Below are positions 10,096 through 22,510 of a DNA stretch of 37,056 bases, piece after piece. The position numbers were made by a program, and so were the translations under genes. This DNA is from Cercozoa sp. M6MM (taxonomy: Eukaryota; Protista; Endomyxa: Ascetosporea): NCBI GenBank assembly GCA_040357565.1, contig JBDODJ010000114.1; one strand, 5' to 3'. Each line of letters opens with the position of its first letter. Position 1 is the first letter of the stretch. Below the pieces are notes generated by a model, which ran no database searches, was not told the origin of the DNA, and saw only the letters and a program-made list of their open reading frames with translations.

Positions 10096-12689
10096 TTAGC
10101 TAATGGTGAAGCGCATCCAGTTGCGATCGCAGTCAAGCTCAAAGCCGAGCAGCGCGGCGTACTCCTGCAGGTGGTCCTTAACGGCTTCGCCAAAGAAGGG
10201 CGCGCATACTTGCGCTGGGTCCTTTTGGCCTGCCCAGTTGAACGTGTCAGTGCTCTACTGTAGCACAGGTACAGAGAAGAGTGTACCATCCTGGGCGGTC
10301 GGAATCGGCGCGTGGAAGCGCTGCGAGTCGCGGCACGCCTTGCACACGCCAGAGGTCTGCACCATCACGAGCAGCTGCGCCACCTTGCCGCGACGTGCGT
10401 CCCACAGCTGCAAACAGGCATCCATAAGAACTATTTCCCCCCCCCCCCCCCGCCCGCCCCCGTCTTGATACCTTTCGATGCTCCTCAACGTGTTGCAACA
10501 GCGTCATCGCAACGCGTGTGTCGTCCTGTATGGGGGTATTACAGTGAATGGTATTAAAGTTCATGGTATTAAAGTTCATGTTATTAGAATATAGTTAATG
10601 GGATTAAAGATTAAAGTTAATGGTATAAAAGTTTATGGGATTAAAGTTAATGGTATAAAGTTTTATGGGATTAAAGTTAATGGTATTAAAGGTAATAGTA
10701 TTCAACTATGGCAAGAAACAAACGCAGGGGTAGAGCAGGGCACAATACAATTTGTTGCAGGTACTGCTCGCGCGGTACGTCAAAGCGAATCTCGACAGGA
10801 ACGGCATCGCACAGGCTACTCTCCCGGAGGGGATAGTATAATAAAAGAGGAAGGGTAAAGTGATGAGAGAGGCAAACGCACATGTAGTTGAGGTGCAACT
10901 TGAGTTCGGCGCGATCGAAAGCGCCATTGTCCAGAAAAACGACGTGTTTCGGCGACACGCGGCACGACGGAAAGTCCAGTTTCTCGAGTTGCTATATGAA
11001 GAGTTACAAGCATTCACAACCTCAGTTGGACCTCTTTCTCCCTTTGCGGCAGCCTACCTGCATGTCAGTTGTCTCGTCCTCGTCCAAACTGTCGCTGTTT
11101 TGCTCTTTCTCGTCTGCAAGCGTGTCAAATCAACATGCGGCAACCAAGCACAAAAAGCAAAACACAAAACAATAAAATCACCACGAACAGTGAAGCCAAG
11201 GTGGTTTGCGACGCGTTCGACATCGTCTGCATTAGCTTACAATTGTTTTGCCTCTTGGCTTGACTGTAAATTGAACTACCATGCTCGGGACCCAGGACAC
11301 TGGCCATCATCTGACCGAAAAACAAGAAATCTGGCCCAAGCATTCAGTCAGTGGACGCTATACCTGAATGCGAAACGAAGGCGAAAACAGGTCGGCCAGA
11401 ATACCAACCGGCACATGACGCTCGATCTTGAACGCCTGCGCGGACGAGTCCGCAGCTACAATTTGTTACACCTCAACCTCGTGCAAGCGAGAGATAAATA
11501 CACCTCGAAAACGAGCTTAGCGCACCGAACATGTGTCCAATCAAGGTGTCCTTCCACGACGTGCGCACCTCAGTTTCAGTCAGTGCATCCTCGAGAACGA
11601 TCGGACCAGCACGAACATGAAAGGTCTCCATTTTCTCGCTGCGCCAGCATCAAACACAAGAAATTTCAACGACAGTTCTGAGAGAGTTCTCATGCATGAA
11701 TGGTCTACGTACTGAATGAGACGTGTAATTGTACGTACACTGCGCACTGCACACTATCTTACAGATACAGAACTGACGGTGGGCATGATGTTGTACAATT
11801 GTACTGTATTTTTAATAATAATTCGTACAACAAAACCGTACTGCCTTGCTGCTTTGTACTACCAACTCTCGACTCCAAGGGCGAGCCCATAAAATCACTA
11901 TTGCAAAGACGACTTGAAAAGGCGTGCGAGGTGTGCAGTGTGGCCGAGTTTGCTGCCATAGAAGTCTGCGGCACTCTGCTTGCAATTTATACAGCCGCGA
12001 TTGCACTTTTTAGTTTCAACTCGATCTCGTGCAAGCGAGAGATACCTGGCCCCCATCGGCACATGCGTCACAAGCGCGGTCGAACTTCCATCTCGGCCGA
12101 CACGCAAGACAGGTACGGTTCGGGTCGTAGTGCACCGATTGTGCGTTACGCATGCATTCGACTGGTCACAGGGAGGCCTACCTGGAGCGTGTGCGCACCT
12201 TCTCTGTCTCGAGGTATTTCAGAGTGCATTGTTCCGAAGTACAGTGCATAGTTGTGCTTGCCAGGTGGTTCAACAAACCTGCGATTGTGAGCGGACAGCG
12301 CTGTGCACTTTATGGGTAATGAAGTCCCTGTCATAGTCTGTCATCTCTGTCTGACTGTCCGTCGACTCGGCTTTTGATGAAACAGCTGGACGTGCACCGG
12401 TGTCGACACGCTCGAATGCTGCGACGGGTACAAAGTTTCTTTTTTTTTGCTTCAAACTCTGCGATTACACAGTGCTGGTGTTATGCATATGCAATGGTGT
12501 TATGCATATGCTGGTGTTATGCAATACAGTTGCGGGGCACACCTGCGTTTCACGCCATCGCCGGCACTTTCCAACGGGTTTGGGCCACTTTTGATCGACT
12601 CGATTACTTGCGTCCTATTGTGATGTGTTTGATGCAGTGCACGTGATCGACTAGCGCAGCGTTTCTTGCAGGAGTTGCGTACCCGACAT
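10096..12689 (-). CDS. Hypothetical multi-exon protein
   Basis: In-frame GT-AG exon chain from about 11750 to 10096 (...EKMETFHVRAG...|QLEKLDFPSC...|LWDARRGKVAQLLVMV...|GQKDPAQVCAPFFG...MRFTIS*). The 5' exons and the ATG at 12689 are tentative. Confidence 0.55.
10548..10705. repeat. 15-bp AT-rich minisatellite ATGG(T/G)ATTAAAGTT(A/C/T), about 9-10 copies, intronic
   Basis: Direct reading. It explains the spurious GIKVN-repeat ORF at 10598-10858. Confidence 0.9.
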
Positions 12690-12855
12690 ACCCACCAGTG
12701 TACCTTTATCTTTTGCAAGCTGATATGTGAAGTGAGCGGGCTAATTTCTGGAGGATAATTTCTTTAGTTATCCTTTAATATCAAACCAGGAGATACTTAG
12801 TGCAGTTAAACAAACTAATGTAAGTATTAGACATAATATGTATTGCGATTAGGCA

Positions 12856-15019
<2,164 letters not shown>

Positions 15020-15212
15020 CTCGGCGTACTAGAGAATGCGAGACGCACATTACGATTGTTTTTGCATTGATCACACGTATGATAGTCAGTTGACGCTACT
15101 GTATTGATTCGCCAGTCGCTCTATACTTCGGAGCGCCGGTGCGAAGTCTATGCTGTCTTTTTTTAAGAGCAATCGCAACACAGTGTTAAACAGCCTGTTG
15201 AGCTGCGCCGGT

Positions 15213-17494
15213 ATGAGTGAGCGGGATCAGACACTACTGCTGGGTGTACAGCAGTCAGATAAGCGACCACAGCACGTAGTCAAAATAATCATTACACGGA
15301 GTTTCGTTTTTTTATCACACCTCTGGCAATGTTCAGTTGCGCTTGCGGCGTCAAGCTTCAGATGGCGTCTTTCAATCCGTGTCGGGTATCAGTTGATCTT
15401 GCTGCGTTTTTCCAATTGGCGACGTTTCCCTTTTTAAACAGTCCTGCCGTCCCATGCTCGTCGGAAAACAGAGCACTGGTGGCAGCACCGTCGCGAACAT
15501 GAAATCGTACAACAATCTATCTTTTCTGCGGTTTAAGGTTGATTTAAGATGTCTGCAGCTCCGCGCGGAAGTGGTCAGCACGACCAGTCTTTCACTGAGA
15601 GTCAAGTGTCTGTTGCTGCTTGAGGGACGCTCTCGACGTGCGCACTTTGTGCAGTTGTTTCTGCTCGGTTGCGTGTTGCTGAACTTGGTGGTGCGTGCTG
15701 GACTCTTTGCTTGCAGTTAAATTACTTGATATGATTGAAGAATCTCGTTTATTTTTCGGGTAGGCTTTTGCTCTGAGCACAGAGGAATCTCTGTCGCATT
15801 CCACAACGTTGCAAGCCATCGAAATTGGTACAGTTTTTTTTTTTGCATTCCATTCGACTTGTGATACTTTTGCTTGCAGGAACGGTGGCAGTGTTCGCCT
15901 TTGAATACGTTCTTCGCTGCGTGAGCTTTCTTTAGCCATTCACTGATGTCTTTAAGCTTTTGAGAACGTTGGGAGTTGTGCTGCGCAGTGGTGCAGCGTC
16001 GAGGATCCGCGCTACCCTGGTCGGCATCGTTTCTGGCAACACGTGTTCTCCTTTGGCGCTCTCGTTGATCTGGCTGGTCGGTTCTTGTCGCAACAGTTCT
16101 CAAGTCCGTGTGTGAAACAAGTCGCGTGTGTGAGCAGCGTTAATCGCTGGCATCACCGCACTAATCCTGGAGCACAAATTCGAAGCTGTTGGCGCATGGC
16201 TTCGCGTGCTGCGAGTGCTGAACATTTTCAAGGCAGACCAGCTCCAAGCTGCACTTCGATCGTACTGCAGTGCTGACCTGTTGCCCTTGTTGGTGTGAGT
16301 TGTATCACTCAAGTTGGACTCAGGGTGAGACGTGTGCTGCGTCGCAATCGACACGTGCTCGCGGTCGGAGTGATAATTTGTCTCGTCTTGCTCGTCATCA
16401 CTTCTGTGGTAGCACATTTACACAGGTGCCTTGATGATGCGAAACGTGGTTTGTACTTTTTAACTGTGCTGTGACTTCAGCTGCTGTACGCAACTTGGGG
16501 TGACGTTGATCATGACAGGTACTGTGTGTGTGTCTGTGTCTGTGTCTGTGTCTGTGTCTGTGTCTGTGTCTGTGTCTGTGTGTCTGTGTGTCTGTGTGTC
16601 TGTGTGTCTGTGTGTCTGTGTGTCTGTGTGTGTGTGTGTCTGTGTTAATAAACATCCTTTGGCTTTCGTAGATTCGGCAGTGTACCGCGTGCTTCCTTCT
16701 ACGCAGTCATGTTGCTGACTGGACAAGGTATTAAGACACAAGTCACACACGCACACGCGTGTGTATGTGTGTGTGTGTGTGTATGTGTGACCTGACACTT
16801 TGCTTTGAACAGGACTGGACAATGTCGAGAGTCTCGGCTTGTGGATGCACGTACTGGTCGCTGTCACCTCTGTCTTCTCTGTCGCCATTTTCGGTACTTC
16901 AAGATTCAATCTTGTTTATTTTCGGTACTTCAAGATTCAAAATGGTCTGTTGCAGCGGTTCCGGCGGCGATGCTGGCCTGGGGTTTTGAAGCAGAGGCCG
17001 AGCGTTTGGTTCTTCTTTCTCTTCTGTCTTTAGTTTCCTTCTTTCTCTTCTTTTTTCCTAACATGCTTTTGTTTGGCAGGCAGCGCGATCGCAGAAACGA
17101 AAGCAGCTGAACAACCAAAGTGTACATTCTGTAGCCCCCCCCCCCCCCCCCTTTCCGTCTGTGTTAACTCTTCTGTGACAGGAGATCGATCTGGACCTCA
17201 TGTTGCTCTTGCCGGACGAAGATGAAGACGGCAGCGACGATGAAAGGAGCGACTCCGACAGCGAACCGGTCGTCCACGAGGCTGCCGACGCTGTGCGTAC
17301 GATGGGCCTTACGGGACAGCAGTTCGCGACGCTACTGCACTTGCTTCGTTCGCCGATCGCGTACTCTTCCTGTCTGTCTGTATGCTTGAAGTACTACCCA
17401 GTTAACGATGAGCTTGCACAGCGTGCCCGGCGATGAGGACCGTGTCTGGACCTACTCGCAGATGCGGCGCCTCATCGAGCAACAGCAGTACTAA
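15213..17494 (+). CDS. 6-TM voltage-gated-like ion channel (Ion_trans / Kv-like fold) with non-canonical pore signature LLTGQG
   Basis: Spliced exons give S1 FVQLFLLGCVLLNLV, S2 TVAVFAFEYVLR, S3 FGALVDLA, S4 WLRVLRVLNIFK, S5 VLAVGVIICLVLLVITSVLLY, pore RFGSVPRASFYAVMLLTGQG and S6 WMHVLVAVTSVFSVAIFAVPAAMLAWGF, then an acidic tail ending at TAA 17492-17494. Confidence 0.85.
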
Positions 17495-17578
17495 CCACAG
17501 GTTGCTATGCCGTTTAACCCGACCCTAGCTACTTTTCATTTCATTTCATTTAGGTAAATTTTAGTGGTAAATTTAGTA

Positions 17579-17953
17579 TCAAATGAAAAGACCGTCGTTT
17601 CGCAGGCGTTTGAGTGTGTGGCGGTACTCCATGTCTCGCTGTCGGCGGCGTTGTGACACGAGAAGGTCGATGTAGACACTGGCAGCGCTGTTGTCGCACA
17701 AGTCGAATGACTGCTCGATCCGGAACTTTTGCAGAGCGAGTCCCTGCAATTTTACAGAAACAACAGTTTGGGGGGTCGACGGAAACTGAAGGCTCCCATC
17801 GTTTGGCGCAGATGCTCTCACCTGCAGCGATGGCGACAAGTGACTTGTGCGCTCAAACTCGGCTTCAAGACGATCGCGGCAGTCTCCGCTCGGACGCAGC
17901 GCCAGCACACGCGCCGAGGCACACGCTACCAACAGCACCCGCAGCAACCGCAT
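17579..17953 (-). CDS. Small putative secreted protein
   Basis: MRLLRVLLVACASARVLA looks like a signal peptide. The ORF is open to 17579, with a probable in-frame intron starting at a GTGAGA donor near 17821. Confidence 0.5.
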   Translation of the reverse strand: MRLLRVLLVACASARVLALRPSGDCRDRLEAEFERTSHLSPSLQVRASAPNDGSLQFPSTPQTVVSVKLQGLALQKFRIEQSFDLCDNSAASVYIDLLVSQRRRQRDMEYRHTLKRLRNDGLFI

Positions 17954-18232
17954 CTTTTTCACTTTCTACAGCTGCACTGACTCTCTTCTAGCAGCTGTGA
18001 CGTGCTGGTGGCGTGTCTGAGTTTCTTCCGATCTCCGAACAGCAGCACAAGACGAACCAACAACCCGAATGACTCCACATGTTTCAAAACCAACAGAACA
18101 GACGATCGAATAGTTTATTCTGAGGCAATTGATTTTGGATACAGAGAGTCCGTAAGATGAGAGAACAGGGGCACACAACAGAGTGTGTCGTGTGATCATG
18201 CCGTGCAGCACATAGAACGAGTGAGGGCCGAC

Positions 18233-18916
18233 TTAGAAGGCACCGAGCTTCTCGAGCTTCTTGCGCAGCGCCTGCTTCTTCTCCGAGAGCGACGTCTTGA
18301 GCGAGCGGTAGTACTTCTTCTCGTACTTGTCAGCACGCGGCTTGGAGCGCACGCCCGAGTTGCCGAGCTCGTCGGCGGCACGCGGCTTGTTGGGCTCGGC
18401 GCGGATGGCGGCGTGAGCGGCCTGGTACATGGCCTCGAGGCCGTCGGCAGAGATACCGGCCTTGATGAAGCGCGAGAACTGCTTCTGGTACTTCTGCGGG
18501 TTCGACTCCTGGAGCTGACGCATGTAGTCGGCGACGTGGCCGCCGAAGATGTACTTCTGGTGCACCTCCGGGTCGTATTCCTGCTCGATGCCGTCCTCCG
18601 TCTTCTCGAACGTGGCACCCGGGAAGCGCGTCTCCGAGTGCGGCACGGCGAGACCGCCGTCGACGGCGCCCTTCAGGGCACCGAACACGCGAGCGCCCGT
18701 CGTCGTGCGCTTGAGACCGACGTCCAGCACGGCCTGGAAGGGCGCACCGCCCTCCTCGTTGTCCTCGACGATGAAGTACGTGCCATCGACCTCCGTCGTG
18801 CCCTCGTAGTCGAGGTTGAACTTGGCGTTCACGCGACGCGCCAGCAGCAGGCCCGTGCAGTAGGCGGCGGCGTAGTTCGTCAGACCGACCTATAAATATA
18901 CCACAATAATATACAA

Positions 18917-18956
<40 letters not shown>

Positions 18957-19441
18957 AACATGATAAATAATAGATACATGGTAGAGATTAAAGCACCTTA
19001 ACGCCGTAGCGCTTCAGCTCGTGCGAGTAGGCCGAGGCGATGCACTTGTCGTGCGTCAGGTCGGCAGCGAAGATCTGGCACACCACGTCCGTGTTGGTGA
19101 AGCGCACCACCATGCGGTACTTGGGCGTCTGGTACTTGTTCTTGTCCTGCACGATCAGGCGGCGACGCTGCTGGTAGTCCGTCTTGGCCTCGCGGCGGCG
19201 ACGGAACTTCACCTGGTAGCGCTTGAAGTACGCCTTGTTCTTGACGATCTTGACGTGCTACGAGATATGATACACCATAAAACGCGCTACTCAACGCGCT
19301 ACTCGCTCACGCACACCACACGGCACGCTCAGACACGGCACACGCGCACACGCGCAGTGCCACAAAATTCGCAGCAAACGCGAAATTTCTCGAATGCGCG
19401 GGCGAGCATCCTCACAGTACATAAACACAACGTACACCCAT
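18233..19441 (-). CDS. RPL5: 60S ribosomal protein L5 (uL18); exons 19441-19436, 19257-18997, 18889-18233; 307 aa
   Basis: MG|[28 protein letters not shown]...[10 protein letters not shown]|[19 protein letters not shown]...[25 protein letters not shown] are hallmark uL18 motifs. Both introns are GT-AG and codons are strongly GC3-biased. Confidence 0.99.
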
Positions 19442-19531
19442 GTTGACTTCTCTGTTCTCTCGAAAACTCGAAGAAATGTGGGGAGGAATTGTTGTATTTT
19501 ATTTCTTGCTGGATCTCTCGGACCGTCCAAA
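19442..19531. promoter_or_regulatory. Probable compact bidirectional promoter between RPL5 and the divergent gene
   Basis: Only 90 bp separate the RPL5 ATG (19441, minus) from an inferred ATG at 19532 (plus). Confidence 0.4.
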
Positions 19532-21614
19532 ATGAGCAGTGGGCCCAAAAATTGTGCCTTTGGTGTGCCCTGCGTAACTTTAACAGGGTTACTATTTTAG
19601 TGGAATGCTGGCGCGCGGTCGTAGGTGTTTGATAGTGCGTGCGAGAAAGTCGATCAGGTCGCGACAGATCAGACAAAATCAAGCCTATCCATTTGCCGCA
19701 CAGAGCGTGAAGTTTTCTGCACCAAACGAGGCCAAGCTACGCGAATTCGTAGTTCACAGTGCGTTGTTCTTTCATCACATTGCGAGCTGTGCGTTTCTCA
19801 TCTCGAACTGATCCGCGCAGAGAAAGATGACTCAGTCCCTTTAATCTTTCGGGTACTGCCGCTGTGCTGCGTGTCTGTGTCTCAGGTTGCCTTATGTTCA
19901 TAAAAGTTAGATCTTGAAAGCTTTGCGTGAGCACGATGACGCAACTGGCCTGCAAGACGCACGCGACACTTTGGCTTTGATTGAGCGGCTTGTACATTCG
20001 GTATCTGTCTTGTGACTTGTGTTCAATCGATACATAACCGACTAACTGAATTCATTTGAATAGGAGTTAAGTTTGGACGCACGTATTGAAGTGTTGCGGG
20101 AAACTGTGGCTCTTTCGACGCACCTAATTCTGCATTCTGTGTCGGACACGGGTCTGTTGGTTTGTTTTTACACTACTTGCTCATCTATGTATTACGCTTC
20201 CTTCTTGTTGCAGGTTCTTTCAAGCACGAAGTCCGAAAAATCTTTAATCAGCTTGCTGGTTGTATGTTGTGCTTTAGTTCAACTTTGCTGGTGTAAGATA
20301 TTGTCTGTGCAGTGAGCAAGGAGCAACAAGCATCAGTGCTGTGTGGAATGGCAACTGCGTTTCACCAGTTATACCTTGAGGAGCCTCACGTATTGATTTG
20401 CTTTTCTGCCTTGTTGCGCAGCTTAACACTTAGTCTTTGCAGCACAAGCTGTGGTCGCAGGCGCACGGTGTCGCGACAATTCTCGAGTCGTTGCAACGCG
20501 TGTCGCAGCACCTTGGCAATGACGTTCTTTCGCAGGCGCATGACTTAAGATTGGTGTGACTGGAACATTAATTTTGTAGCAGTTTTCTCGTTCTTCCTTG
20601 CAGTGCTTATTCGCAACATGCACACAGGCCATGTGGAAGTGCTTGATTCAAGGAATGCGCGTTCGAGCCATTCGTGACGTGTCGATGCTGCGCACATTGA
20701 CACGTGCCTCACTGCACGCGCACTCGAACAGGTACTTTTGCTTTTTCAGTTTGCAAGATATAGTATTGACTATTAGCGTCTTGCAGCATTGGCGAGTTGC
20801 AACTCTTCTTGCGTTGCGCGACGTTTGCGAACTCTGATTTCGTACTGTGCTTTGAAAGGGATAGCACAGGTCTCTTGTTCATATGCTTTGTTTGTGTAGG
20901 TGCTTGGTGCTTCAATACGACTGTTCATGAACACTGAGACTCCAGTCGATGGTATCTGTACCCGTGCTTTTTCTCTCTGTGTACAGTTGTTTTATGTTTT
21001 CAGACAACGAGCCTGAGGCGACGGCACAGGCAGCGACACGCTTCATTTGCGAATACCTCGAAAAACACGTCGCACACTTGTACCAACTGATACGCTGTGT
21101 TGTCTGTTCTTACGTTTTAAACGTACACTTGTGGTATCACTCCTCGCAGGGAACAAACTCGTGTCCTTTCGTACCGTCGCTTTCGCATCGAACACATGTG
21201 CGACATTTTCTGTGCTCTCGCCGAGCTTCACAAACGAGGCTTGCATCACGGTAGCCTCCTTGCTGTTTGCGCGGTAGGCACATGAGTTAGTATTTTCCTC
21301 TTGCAGATGGATTGTGGGTGCGGCCGCACAAACTCTCACTTGCCACGGCACAGGCACTGCACAAGTTCGCTGTGGTATTTCCTGCGTATGTGCGCACTTT
21401 GTTCTCAGTAGGTTTACTATGCTATTGTGTGGAACAGGCGCTTAATCTTCTGTTGAAAGACGATAATATTCGGTCGCACATCGTGTAGCTTTGTTCTGGC
21501 ATTTGATCTCTCTGTCATTGTTTTGTTTGTGTGTTTTCGAAGAAAGCAAGGCAGCTTTCGTCGATGGAAACCGCGATTGGCGCTGTTGAAGAAAAGCTCG
21601 ACGCGGGATATTGA
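19532..21614 (+). CDS. Hypothetical protein made of many micro-exons, probably helical
   Basis: Repeated short GT-AG-bounded exons (e.g. DNEPEATAQAATRFICEYLEKHVAHLYQLI) and a last exon ...METAIGAVEEKLDAGY* with TGA at 21612-21614. Not all joins resolved. Confidence 0.5.
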
Positions 21615-21755
21615 CGAGTTTTGTCAACAAATGGCGGTAGCTTTCACACCGTCCAGCCATCAAAAACACAATGCTTGCCTTTGTTTTTGGTAGTTTGAGA
21701 TGGAGGCAAGCTCGGAATTGGAACTGAAGCAGCCAAAAACAACAAAAAGGATGCT

Positions 21756-21828
21756 CCAGCTCGAGCTCGAACAGCACCAGCTCGAGCTAGAGCAGCGCCA
21801 GATCGAGTTCGAACAGCACTAGCTCGAG
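21756..21828 (+). repeat. 21-bp tandem repeat (CCAGCTCGAGCTCGAACAGCA), about 3.5 copies
   Basis: Direct reading. Confidence 0.85.
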
Positions 21829-22510
21829 TTTTTGTTGTAGCTCGGCTGAGCGACCCGACCTGCCGCCCGCCGTACGTATACCGATATAAACTTATATAAT
21901 TTTTTTTTTTGCGTTGGTTTAAATTATTCCGTTCTGTCCTATCGTATCTATCAGCTACATCCATCTATGTCTGTATACGGATGGATAACGTAGTTCGATC
22001 CGATTAAACGCTGCCAGGTCATATGATAGTACGTGGAGTAGCGCACGTAATCGAACTACTGTATCAACCCAGCAGAAACCGAGTTTTATGTCGTATTGAC
22101 CGACTGAGTACCCGCCGGATCTATCGAACTACCGGACCTACCTCCCGTTCATCCATGCACTCAAGCTTCAAATCTGACCGCGTATGCAGAAAAATACAAA
22201 GCTAAAATACTGTTAAATCGACAAAAACAGAAGAAGCGAAAGAGAGGAGTGTGGGTGTCCTCTAAAGATGCTTGCGACGCGCTCGGAAAGTCTTCGAAGC
22301 TCGCTCAGCTTGGTTTGACCCTACATTTTCGACTGATCGCACTCAATTGGCATGTCAGTTCGGGTTAATTGTTTTGTTGATTCGCCTGTCATGGACAGCA
22401 CGATGTCGGCACGCCAGAGCAGCTGGTCGAAGAATTCCAAAAACTGCAGCGCAGTCGCTTGGAGGACGAGGGACGTTTCGTCGACGTAAACTGAAATCAC
22501 TTTCCCCGTA

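Noticed and set aside
10598-10858. GIKVN-repeat protein ORF
   Set aside because: It is the translation of an intronic 15-bp minisatellite on the strand opposite a spliced gene.
10860-11681. 273-aa plus-strand ORF
   Set aside because: It is antisense to an in-frame GT-AG exon chain on minus and has no motif support, though it is not formally excluded.
15592-17127. Minus-strand ORFs with Lys/Arg-rich products
   Set aside because: Antisense shadows of the hydrophobic channel exons and their introns.
18185-18895. 236-aa plus-strand ORF
   Set aside because: Antisense shadow of the GC3-biased RPL5 gene.
21756-21828. CRISPR-like array
   Set aside because: The units are directly adjacent with no spacers, the context is eukaryotic and there are no cas genes.
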